Part shown: piece after piece, positions 52,119 to 64,000 of the stretch | Layout: every line of letters starts with the position of its first letter | Position numbering within the stretch: position 1 is the stretch's first letter | Notes under the pieces: model-generated | The model's database searches: none | The model's input: only the letters and a program-made list of their open reading frames with translations | What the model was told of the DNA's origin: nothing | Made by a program: the position numbers and the translations under genes | Assembly: GCA_024704765.1 (NCBI GenBank) | Contig: JAKMXF010000111.1 | Location: 1,685,627-1,749,626, forward strand | DNA from: Oopsacas minuta | Lineage: Eukaryota > Animalia > Porifera | Direction: 5' to 3' | DNA: 64,000 nucleotides

Positions 52119-52652
52119 TTGAATAAATAATGCAATCGTAAAAATCCCAACTGATTATATCTTCGATAAAGGGTCAACTAATAGGAACATTTGTTGACAA
52201 ATATGCTAAATAAGCATACAGATGACGTCATTTCGAATTGGAATAAGTTTATAGACTACAGTGATAGATTATGTGTCTTGTTAAAATCACTCAAATATCC
52301 ATTCAGTACAAAGGGTACTACAGTATAACCTCGTTACTACGTACACCAAGGGACCGTCGAGATTTGTGCTCCTTATCCGGAGTACGTATTAACAGGAGTA
52401 AAACAATTGAATATCCATTGTATGGACTAAAATTGTAGACAATTTTGTTCGTCTTAACCAGAACTTCGAATTAAATGTGATCGTATTAACGCGGATTGAC
52501 TGTATTTAATATTGTCGCTACTAATAAAATCCCTCGGTTGTATTGATAAAAGGTGTGAAAATCGTAAAACTCACAAACCACAAACATTTCAATTATGCCA
52601 ATGTGACCAACGAAATCCCATACATGACTTCCTTCAACAAATTCAACAATAA

Positions 52653-53294
52653 TCTATATTATTTAATCTCAATTGTTACTTCTGTCTCTCCGTCTGTTTA
52701 TCTGTTTGTTCGTTGTTGTCAAGGAAAGGATTTACGGTATTCAATTTTGAAATTGTCGCATAACTATGTATTTATCTTGTTCATCAAGGAAGTAAATAGA
52801 ATTCAATAAAACTCCACCAAATATATCGAACATGCTGAATCCGATTTTCACACTTTTGGAATAATTATATGTATATTTATTGTTATTTTATGAATATAAA
52901 ATAAACAAATTATCCAAATCTCAAAATATACGCACAGGCTTGCTTCAAACGGCTACCCAGGGGTAACTGAGCACGCTGAATCCGAATTTCGTATTTCAAG
53001 TTTCTCATATGTAAATTTATCCTTGTTTTTATGGATATAAAGTAAACCAATTTGAAATTTTGGTAGAATCATACTTCCAACGACTATTGTGGGGTAATCG
53101 AACATGCTGAGTCCCAATGTAATATTGTAAACAATTGGACATTTTTGGGGACATAAAGTCAGCAGATTTAAAGATCATAGAAGCATCATGTTAGCAACGG
53201 TTAAGATTATGCGTTTATTTACTCGAGGGCTTAGGCCCGAGTGTGGAAACGAAATGTTCGCAACCGCGTAGGGCGAGCAAGCAAAGCGCGCTAG
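52653..53294 (+). mobile_element. Helitron-like non-autonomous element
   Basis: A|TCTATATTATT start, TCTG microsatellite, 3' CGCG...CGCG hairpin ending in CTAG; both termini are shared with 61394-61720. Confidence 0.65.
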
Positions 53295-54451
53295 CATATT
53301 ATATATTGAATACCAATAGAATTAACGGATCGTCGGGATATGTACTGTTGTATACCAGAATAACACAAACCATGGATACAGTAGCCATTCTAGTTTCACA
53401 TGCTAGTATTTAGACAGAATACGTTTATGTTCCAACATGATGCCCACGTCCCTCGTGTTGTGTTACCGGCCACCTCGTTACTTCATGATAGAATCACGCA
53501 AGCCATGGATATCTCTTATATCATAGCCTAATAAACATGAGGACTAACAGTAACTCGAACTTTTGGCACCAGGGACGCAGTATTAGCTGAAAGTATTAAT
53601 AGACATGGTTTCCCTATCGCAGAAAAATATAGTATTTCCTAGTTGATGTATTATATTTTGTAGGAAATCAAATTTAATACAAATAAATGCTAAGAATTTT
53701 AGGAATGTGTCAAAATATGCTAAGTTGACTAATTATCAATAATTATCGAATAATTATTTATTATTTACACCTCAAAAAGTGTAAATCGAAAACAATTTTT
53801 TTTTAAAGTTGAAAAACATATGTTATTCTATGCAAACTACTAGATTGAGATTATGAATATCGACTACACAACACATAGGAGTGGGAAAGAGTAAACATTT
53901 TATCACGAGATATCTGTGTGGTCGAATACTTTTGTTCAATGACTGTATATACATACATCTAGTAGATAAATTGCTTTAGATAGCATAGATTAATTTAGTA
54001 TCCTATCACTGATCCAAAAATTATTTAGGGAGCAATTGCATTAAGTATAGAATGCTATGCATGAGCAAGTAAATACCTGCATTTTGCTTCAATCAAATAG
54101 TTAGAAAAAATACCGGTTTCAACTCGGCACTACCTGTCCAAAGGTTTTGGAACATGTATCACTTGTGACACATGGCATGAATATGTTTGAAATCATCTTT
54201 AATCTTTGCAAAAAGTGGAATGCATATTTGCACTAAGTGTCAATTTTTTCTAGGTGTTGTAACACTTTTGGCCAGGTAAGTAGAATGAAAGTTTTTGGTA
54301 GTTTAACCTTACACGGTCCAACAAAATATCAAAATGTCTTTGCTGTTTGAATATATTCTATTCCTATAGAGGTAATTTGAGGAGATTGTCATTCAATTTG
54401 CAAATTTCTTGTCAAATTTACAATATGGCACCAGGAATTTAATATTTATCG

Positions 54452-54453
<2 letters not shown>

Positions 54454-54486
<33 letters not shown>
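54454..54486. repeat. (TA)n microsatellite
   Basis: About 16 TA units read directly. Confidence 0.95.
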
Positions 54487-54491
<5 letters not shown>

Positions 54492-57400
54492 GCAATACTG
54501 CCTTGAAGTATCCCTTATTGGGCTTCACTTTTGCTAATTTAGCTATTCAATTCGTCAGGTTGTATTCAAAATATTTGGACTTCAAAGCTGACCGCCGTGT
54601 GGCCCCCACAGGCAAAATTGTGTAATTTGCAGCTTCAAAACTCATATAGCCACAATTTCCAGTCAATATACGAAAAAGGTGGTTTTGGTAATGTAATGTT
54701 GGGATGACGTCACATCTATTTAACTATATCTCTGTAAATACTCCTTCAATCAAGTAGCTATCTTTCGGACAAACACATAAGAGCTAGTCGAGAAATTTCA
54801 AGAAATAAAATAACTCGTGGGACAAATGATGCATTCTTAGTTGGTGTAGCTCTATTTTGAGTGTGGGCTACAAGGCAAACAGGTTTGAAATCCTAATATT
54901 TTAAATACAACCAACCAATCGAATAGCTAATTTGGTAAAATTAAGCACTTATAGGGAGTACTTCAAGAAAGTATTCGCATTGAAGAAATATACCAGACAA
55001 ATATCAAATACCTGGAGCCATATTACGTATTTGGAAGGAAATGTGCAAAGAAATTGAGCTAACAATTTCCTGAAAACACGATCTAATGGAGAGAAACTGA
55101 TAATATTTTCGGAATCAGGATTCTCGATAACCATGAATTGATGAATATATAGATGTTACATGATCTCATCATAACTGATATTCGAAACTTTCAGCAATAG
55201 TATTCATAATATTCAACAGTATTTCGAGCAATATACCAACAAAAACATGGTAAATTGGAAGGTGATGTGATAGCAAATCCTTTTAGAATTTAGGATTGCA
55301 ACCTGGAACGCATAATTTCATCTAGGATCTGGATCTGGATCTGGATCTAGATCCTTTCTTTAGGATCGTATAATGCCATACGCAAAACTATGCATTTATC
55401 CGATTTATCGTGTTTACCAACAATATACAGAATTCAATAATACTCGACTAAACATATCGAAAATGCATAGATGCCAAACTAGCGCCTCGACAAGCCATGA
55501 GTTTCCTCTCAAAAGGCGTGAGATTTGGCATTTCAACATCAAAATGTATAGTGAAGAATCATAAATCTCCCTAGATTTCACATTTGGACTAATGAAAAAG
55601 CCTAAGACTCCACGGGTAGCAGTGAAAGTTGACATCTCTAAATATACTGAATCTGAATTTCACATTTCATGTTTCTCATATGCAAATTAATTGTTGTTTA
55701 TATGAATATAAAGTAAACAAATTAGCGCAACTCAAAATATACTTAGGGACTTTCTCTTAACAGTTGCACATAGGCAATAAGTACATTGAGTCCAAATTTA
55801 GAATTTTAAACTTAGTAAATGTAAATGATTGAATTTATTGTAGTTTTTGTGAATATACAGTAAACAAATTTATATTTAGTTCCAAAACTTTGGTTAAAAC
55901 GTTATACTAGTGTAATGGATTATGCTGATTCTAATTATGATATTGTCAACAACGTATAGTGAATATTTGTAGTTGTTTAGGTGTATAAAGAAAAATATTT
56001 CTAAGTAGTCCCATATTCTTGCATTCAACTGTTATACTAGGATAATCGAGATGGTGATTCTGAATTTCACACTTTCAAGCTACTCATTTGTCAATTATTA
56101 TTGTTCTTATGAAAGTTAGAGTTACAAAGTGACCAATTCAACAAAAAATGAGAATAAAAATTACCATCAGCCCTACATATCCATTCTTATTGCCCCCTGT
56201 GACACTTGAAAGCATCAATTCCTTCATCCAAATCAAGACCAATAGGGGGTGCTATTATTTTTCACTAATGATGCTCTATCGCTACTCAACAGCATACTGG
56301 CTACCCAATGGGTCGCGGTACGAAGGCTCAACTGTGCCGCGACCCATTGGTTGGGAAGCCATGGTCTAAACTCAAGATTGTAAGCATATTATAGATAATT
56401 GTGAAAAACGCACAACTTACAATCCACAGATAATTTAGGCAAATCAGTATTTAGAAATCAAAATTTCCGAGAATGATAATTTGGGAACATTGGGCAAATA
56501 CGGATAAAGTACAACATGTTTGAATTTCATATAAAATAAGCTATCAGCATAGAACCTGAAAAGGATATAATTGATGTATCAACATCAAAAGTTAACAACC
56601 CGCTATTTTGTAAATGAAGAAAAAGTTGAAGCAGATCGTATATGTATACATTATAATGTGTTAATGAATATAAGAAAGCAAAATCCACAATATTGTTTAC
56701 ATCAGAGGGCCCCGATGGAGAGTAATCATTATTTACATCCAGTCCATAAACCATAAATGATTATTCAAATCCGTAAAATTTCATATTTATCACTATTGAA
56801 ATTCAGATCGCTGTTCGTAGACACAAAACAATATCATTGGAATTTCTAGATTTTGGATAGATTTGAGAATTAATTCGTTCAATAATTCATAATTACCATT
56901 TTGGAATGGAATTGGAATCTGTTAAATCCGTAAATCCGTAAACCCTCCGAAGCCTCTGATAAATCATAATATATTTTACAAGTATTGTATTGTCAGGAAA
57001 ATTTTGAAGAAATCACAGCAAGTCGAAAGTTGCACTCTATTTAGTATTATATGATGATATTTTATCTATTGTTTCGACTTAGATAAATCGGGGTTCGGTT
57101 CGGTTAATCCGTTACACGCCACTATATCCAATAAACTGCTAATAAAAATGTATTCGGTTAACCGAAGTGACATTTACACTACATATTCAGTGTACCTGTG
57201 GTTATAAGACGTTAGATCATATATTTACGAAATCGAGTATTTCACTAGTTAGGTACTTATGAGATATTGTATTTTAGGTCCATATTCTCAATTTTAAATC
57301 CTGTTGTTTGAGTGTATTTACAATAGCTATGTATTCATATTTGCAATTTCAGTAACAAAATTACATTGATTGTTTTAACAACTCCCTAAATTTGGTCAAC

Positions 57401-58199
57401 CAATCCAAGCTCTGGATGAATACTCAATCAGACATTGTTAAACTAATAATACTATAAAACAATGTTTGTAATGTATAATAAAATTAAATCCCGGGATTCA
57501 GGGCTACTCAATCCGAAATAGCGGAATTTGGAAAACTGTCCGGGATACAATATTAATGTGATCTGACTTCAATCATATACGGTAAATTGAAATAACATAC
57601 ATGAATGAAGTCCGAACACATTGTTAAAATTCCTCGTCCTCTAAATTTTCTGATGAGCTTAGCATAAATAACAGGATGAAATACCTCGAACTAAGTCTTA
57701 ATAAGAAATTAACAATTAAAGTCAATCTTTCTATAAAAAAGAAACGAAGATATCACGTGTTGGCTATAAATATGTGAAAATTAGTAAGGAAATTAACAGG
57801 CCGCGGGGTCGATACCGTAAAACCAGGTAAAAGGTCATTTGGGTAAGTTTTGACAAGGACTACTAGAATACAAGGACGCGACAAAGCCAAACTACCGTGA
57901 GGAATGCATAGGTTGAACATTGATCTACCAAAGGTCTGTTCTTACTCAGAATTTTTCCATACTTTTGTGTCTAAATACAAGTAGATCTTTAGATACATAT
58001 ATTTATGTGGGGACATAATTGGCGTTGGCTAATCGAATTAACTGGGTGGTTAAAATATAAATACCGGTTAACCACTGTAATTTTTCCTAAATCTAATCAA
58101 TGAAGTTTGGTGACTAAATTTGATATTATCAATACATATCATTACATATGCATTCTTGATGCATTGTGACTTATGAATACGAACCTAAAATGCACTTCT

Positions 58200-59400
58200 A
58201 ATACTTAACTAGCAGAATTCGTGTTTGTAAAATTCTGTACCTCTCAAAATCTCAGGAAAACAGAAAATAATATTGATGAAAATGGCACTATTCGTATTAG
58301 GTGAAAATGATGAGATGCCATTGATACTTCTTCACTCGCGAATTCGTCATATTCGATTCCTTTTCCTCGCGTTCTTGATAATAAATCAGCACCAAATGTA
58401 ACCACAGCCATTTTTGGAAATTGTGTTGAGGAATTATGTAAGTATTGAAGTATCACTAAGACTTCAGTGTTTCTCTCTTGAACCATCAAGTGGCTTAGTG
58501 CCTCCAGGATCTGAGCAGAATATGTGTTAGATTTCTGAATATCTTCTAATAGAAATTTACAGTTGCCTCAGCTACAATTAAATTGGTATCTTTTCTAAAT
58601 ATAGCTTCAAAAGCTTTCTTAATTGATTCAAAGCTTCAACTATTGAAGAGATAACTTCACTTTCTTGGTTGCTAGGGTAAATATCTTTACCAAGATCTAA
58701 TAGTGCTTTTACAATGGGTAATTTAACTTGAATTGTCTTTTCTAAATTTTTAACAGTGAACTCCATCGAGTCTTATAACCAAATATCACATTCATTCCAC
58801 TTCGATATTTCTCTTTAACATGCGTTTCAAAATTCATTTTTCAAAGGTGAGCGTTTGAAGATTTTCACAATTTCCTTACTTTGGTTACTACTTTGGAGAT
58901 ATCGAAATTAGTGGAAGGCCATTCTGAGGGTCTATAGACCGAAACAATGAACCAGCATAACTACAATAATCAAACATATCCGTTTCCTTATCGGTTTCAC
59001 ATATACTAGAACAAATATCTTCAGTTTCTGTTGGTCGCTTTTGCTAGAAGACGTCTTACATTACAAGATGGAATCGACGAGGATAGCATAACTGCTGACA
59101 AGTGGGTATTATTCGTCCCAATGTCTCGAATTATATTCCAAATTCTTTTAGCTTAACTAAGAGTAGCTTGGAAATGTCTCTGAAGAAAATATTCCATTTA
59201 TCTTGGCCAATCCTAGATTCCAAAAGAACCCATTGCCAATATATTAATGGTGAGGTATCTTTTGTTCTGCAAAGATGTCAATTCATCAAGGGTAAGACTG
59301 AAATATTGGCTTTGGATTTAATAATGCCCAAATTTCTGGCTATCTCTTGGTGTAAGTATCGACCATATTTAAAGTTAATACCACTTGTTCATTAATTAAA
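58200..59400 (-). pseudogene. hAT (Ac-like) transposase remnant
   Basis: Manual translation gives FSLTLDE.TS..NKRYL.IN, FWNLGL..ING, QLCY...HL...DVF, KIVKIFKRSPLKN, KTRWSSL and ERNTEVLVILQYLHN; ends approximate. Confidence 0.8.
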
Positions 59401-60550
59401 ACTGCCGCAGACAAGTGTTAATTTTTACTCACATATGTAAGTCAAGATTGATTAATACAAAACAATTGTTAATTAATTACTCGAACATATTCAAAGTTAA
59501 AATCGTGGATATAAAATCCATAAAATGAACTATATGAGCGTTTCTACTGCAACAAGTATTAAGAGTAATCATTTATGAAACAAAAACCACACTTTCGCAG
59601 TCTTATTCAGTAATATTCTAAAATGAAAATTCAGTGAAAGCTCAGTTAGTGAACACCTCTAATTAGTGGACACTATTCTTTGGTCCCAAATTCATACCAA
59701 TCATATAATTGGAACCTCCAGTTAGTGGACACCTCGATATAGTGAACAAAAGCTTCGGTCCCGAGGGTGTTCACTATAGAGAGGTCTGAATTTACTACAA
59801 CATTTCAATATTATTAATTATCTCAAGTTATGGCGAATTCAGTAATTAATTGAGGGGTTTTGACCAACAACCTGAGTTAAGGATTAAGAAGTTAACTAAA
59901 ATACTCGCAATGCATATTTCCAAACATAGCAAAGTTCCATCTAAATTTACTGTTTTCACCAATAACATTGTCCAACAAATTTTCAGCATTTTTTGCTTCT
60001 GGAATACACGGTAGTGTTTCTTATGTATTCAAGTACTCTGATTCCCAATATCCAATCAGTTTTTCTCTATCAGGCAAGGATTTTGAAAAATTCAATATTT
60101 TGTTTTATCATTGCCCCAGTGTATTCCTATAAATATATCTCTTTAGTTAGGCTAATCAGATACACACTTATGATTAAATTACAATGAAACTTGTCAATTG
60201 GTTTAGCATTTATTATACGAATTTAGAAATGCTTGGAATATGATTTTCTTTTGTATGTGGCATCAGGAATATCTCTTTTTAGTGACCAACAATAATCGGA
60301 AGTCCGACATTTCGTTACACGACATTTCGCTACTTATTTGATTGGTCAATTTTAATTATGATTTTAAATCAAATTTTAAAGTAGTTTAACGGTTTGAAAA
60401 ATAAATAAAGTACTCAGATATCAATATACATTCTAAGTAGAGTTAAATAATACTCATAAATTGTTCTTGAAGTAAGGATTCGATAATAATATAGGAATTT
60501 CAATGTATCAACTGTGAATTTCTAAGGTCAAACCTGTATAGTTTCCCTGA

Positions 60551-60703
60551 TAGGGTAACATGCTCTGACTAAGATAGATGAGAAAGTTATTTTAGGATGC
60601 GTATATATGGTTCATCATGAGCAGCATATTACCGCTCATGATGAAACATATTTACGCATCCTAAAATAACTTTCATCTATCTTAGTTAGAGCATTTTACT
60701 CTA
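60551..60703. repeat. 153-bp hairpin (MITE-like), ~70-bp stem with 11-nt loop
   Basis: TAGGGTAACATGCTCT ... AGAGCATTTTACTCTA; the stem continues to CATCATGAGC / GCTCATGATG. Confidence 0.85.
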
Positions 60704-61393
60704 TTTCAAAATTACAAACGACAGCAATATTTTCTTGGAATTCAAGGTCGCTTCGCTTACCATGAACTAGTGGGGCGACCAATTGCTGAAGGCAAGCGTG
60801 AAAACGCCTTTTAGAGTTCACAGTACTTCTATAGACCGTCATAACTCCAGCACCAACCTTCCGGATATATTCGAAAAGTATTTATCTTGTATACATGACA
60901 TACCGTATACGAAACACACCTAAGTTTTGCTGATATATATCACGAAAACTTTGATCCTGCTCGACCGTTCAAGACGCGATTAATTAGTTCAAGTGTATAA
61001 AGCTAGCAAACTACCCGTCGATTTCGACGGAATGTCATGAGCAGTACCTTAGTTAGTTAGGAGTAGGAACAGTTGAAATAACTCATCAGAAACTACGCAG
61101 AATTTCTAATTGGATGTACATGGCCCAATAGTAACTTAATATAATGTTGGAATATGAATTGGTGCGGTCACTGACACTGAGGAACACTTGGGATTTTGTA
61201 TAGGACTATTCATGGTATAATGATATGGTACTATTTCATTGGTCTATATTAGTGCTCCATGGGATTATCTACGACTCTGTTTATCGTCTATATGTTACAG
61301 CCTTACAGAGATAAATATACGGAGCAGCTCAGGTTAGCATTGGAGTGTATGTCTTAAACAAGTCTAATCGTGTCACACTGAATTCATTAAATG

Positions 61394-61720
61394 CTAGCGC
61401 GTTTCGCTTGCTCCCGCTACGCGGTTGCGAACACTTCGTGTCCACAATCGGGCCTACGGCCTTCGAGTACATAAACTTATAATCTCAACCTTGGCAAACA
61501 TTATACTACTCTTTAAATCTGCTCACTTTCTGTCCCCAAAAGTGAACAATATTTATAAAATGTTGTTTAGATTATCATATTCGATTACCAGTACAACGTT
61601 GTTTTGTTGTCGTTATTTAGTGTAACGTTTGGTTCTGGACTTACGAACTGAACCTATACGTTTTCCATATGGGGGAGCGAGACAGACAGACATACACAAA
61701 CTGAGATTTAATAATACAGA
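61394..61720 (-). mobile_element. Helitron-like non-autonomous element (short form)
   Basis: On the minus strand A|TCTGTATTATT ... hairpin ... CTAG; its 3' ~200 bp matches 53100-53294. Confidence 0.65.
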
Positions 61721-62001
61721 TTAGGCCGTGGCTAATATTGACTGGTAATTTACTTCGCCCTGCATTTTTGGATTTTTTCGGTCTTCAAAGTTTAATAAAC
61801 ACAAACTGTACATTACATGCCGCTGGGAAATTAAACAATACATACTAGTAGATAAACATAGATAAAACATAATATAAACACATAATTAGAGATTGAGTTG
61901 GAGGAGTTTGTCAGGCAGCTACCACATCTTGACATTTGTCCTTAGTCCTTGGTAGCTGCATTGGAGAGGAGGAGGATAATTAGAGATGGGGGGGCATAGC
62001 A

Positions 62002-63321
62002 GTGGATTTGAGAGGAAAATGTAAGGCAAGAATTCACACTAAAGATACAGAGATAGTAAAGCGCACGAGTGAACATACTCATGCGCCTGACGAGCAGGCA
62101 ATGAGCTGCTGCGAGACGAAGCTAGGCATCAAGAGGAAAGCACAGGAGTCTCAGGATGGCGCACACCACATAGTGGGCGAGAGTTTGCAGACAGCATCAG
62201 AGGGTACTGCTGCTAAACTCCCCAAACTGGACAGCCTGAAGCGGACGATACAACGCCAACGTGCTAGTGTACTTGCAGCTCCAGCACAGCCTACCACTCT
62301 AGCAGAGCTAGCTCTACCAGCAGTCTACCAGTAGACAGCCAAGGGAGAACAATTCTTACTCTACGACTCTGGTGCAGACGATGTACACAGATTCCTCATC
62401 TTCGCGACACAACACAACCTCGGGATGCTGCAGCGAAGTAAGATCTGGCTAGCTGATGGCACCTTCAAGACGGCACCTCCCTCTTCGCCCAGGTGTATGT
62501 GGTGCATGGACTCCGTGGAGGAGATGATCCTATGAAGACCGGTCATCTGTTACCGAGCCTGTTCGTGCTACTGCTTAACAAGACGGAGGCTGCCTACCTG
62601 AGGATGTGGGAACAGATCCGCCTACTGTGCCCACTTGCCCAGCCTCAACAGATGCTCCTGCACTTTGAGAAGGGCGCGATTACCAGCTTTGAGCATGTCT
62701 GGCCTAACACAGTGGTGAAGTGTTGCTTCTTCCACCTCACTCAGAATATCTGGCGACACGTGCAGTCTGTAGGGCTGCAGTCTGCCTACACACATGACGA
62801 AGAGTTAGCTATGCGCATCCGGAGGATACCAGCCCTTGCTTTTGCCCGACCAGCAGACGTACCCGATCTGTTTGATCAAGTGGCAATGGACCTCCCCTTA
62901 CGCCTGAGATAGGCGAACTAGTCGACTACTTTGAGAGGACGTATATCGGCCGCACAGTTGCCAGCGGATACCATGTAGGGGTGAGGTACCCTATTCACCC
63001 GTGGAACAACACATCGGCACGCCGTTAGGACTCCTCCGTACAACCAACGCCGTAGAGGCATGGCACCGAAGCTTCAATGCCACTGTCGGCTGCCATCACC
63101 CCACCATATGGAAGTTCATCCTCTCCTTCAAGCGTGAGCAGGGCCTAGTGGAGGTGCGGCATACTAACTACCTTGTTGGCAAGCTGCCAACCAAGCGGAG
63201 GCGGTCCCAACAGAGTGAGGAAGCGTTGAAGACTCTAGCTCGTGAATATTGTTCTCCAGATCGTTCTAAAATGGAGTTCTTGCAGGGTGTGGCACATCAT
63301 TCCAGTCTGGGAGCCGATTAA
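62002..63321 (+). pseudogene. FLYWCH-MULE transposase (related to family B), disrupted, GC-rich
   Basis: CKARIHT...EHTH, KLPKLDSLKRT, WLADGTFKTAPP, GHLLPSLFVLL, CFFHLTQNIWRHVQ, RTTNAVEAWHRSFN and HPTIWKFI; stops and frameshifts. Confidence 0.9.
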
Positions 63322-63378
63322 TATGTTAATCTAAAGGATTATCTCTAATCAATGTATTTGAGGATTAGATAGTACTTT

Positions 63379-64000
63379 GATTAACATATTAATCGGCTCC
63401 CAGACTGAAATGATGTGCTACACCCTGCAAGAACTCCATTTTAGAACGATCTGGAGAACAATATTCACGAGCTAGAGTCTTCAACGCTTCCTCACTCTGT
63501 TGGGACCGCCTCCGCTTGGTTGGCAGCTTGCCAACAAGGTAGTTAGTATGCCGCACCTCCACTAGGCCCTGCTCACGCTTGAAGGAGAGGATGAACTTCC
63601 ATATGGTGGGGTGATGGCAGCCGACAGTGGCATTGAAGCTTCGGTGCCATGCCTCTACGGCGTTGGTTGTACGGAGGAGTCCTAACGGCGTGCCGATGTG
63701 TTGTTCCACGGGTGAATAGGGTACCTCACCCCTACATGGTATCCGCTGGCAACTGTGCGGCCGATATACGTCCTCTCAAAGTAGTCGACTAGTTCGCCTA
63801 TCTCAGGCGTAAGGGGAGGTCCATTGCCACTTGATCAAACAGATCGGGTACGTCTGCTGGTCGGGCAAAAGCAAGGGCTGGTATCCTCCGGATGCGCATA
63901 GCTAACTCTTCGTCATGTGTGTAGGCAGACTGCAGCCCTACAGACTGCACGTGTCGCCAGATATTCTGAGTGAGGTGGAAGAAGCAACACTTCACCACTG
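63379..64000 (-). repeat. Inverted duplicate of the MULE 3' half (mirror of 62710-63331), running off the window
   Basis: Coordinate sum 126710 at both the apex and the window end; only two substitutions seen (CATTCCAG/CATTTCAG and GTGGCA/GTAGCA); 47-bp spacer. Confidence 0.95.

Noticed and set aside
56527-56756. Two overlapping short ORFs on opposite strands
   Set aside because: No motif, homology cue or splice evidence that I can support.
1-64000. tRNA, rRNA, snRNA, telomeric arrays, LTR/RT genes and prokaryotic defence systems
   Set aside because: No diagnostic sequence seen by eye; tRNAscan-SE, Infernal and RepeatMasker runs would be needed to exclude weak cases.

Overview
AT-rich eukaryotic, metazoan-like genomic DNA, not prokaryotic. 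I found no rRNA, tRNA, CRISPR array or operon. Most of the window is nested DNA transposons: two Tc1-like DD37E elements (one with an intact transposase ORF), two near-identical 3,198-bp copies of a divergent hAT-like element with ~370-bp TIRs, several Buster/Ac/ZNF862-type hAT remnants, three MULE remnants, a two-gene PIF/Harbinger, two THAP/P-type elements, Helitron-like non-autonomous repeats, MITEs and several fold-back structures. Only two host-like genes are recognisable, both single-exon: a Rab-family GTPase (8750-9376) and a stand-alone PTB-domain protein (41972-42400). The most striking structures are a tail-to-tail palindromic MULE transposase at the right edge (arms of at least 622 bp, resembling maize Mu killer in architecture) and a fold-back with 1-kb near-perfect arms around unidentified cargo (37800-41522). 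All alignments and motif calls were made by eye; no searches were run.
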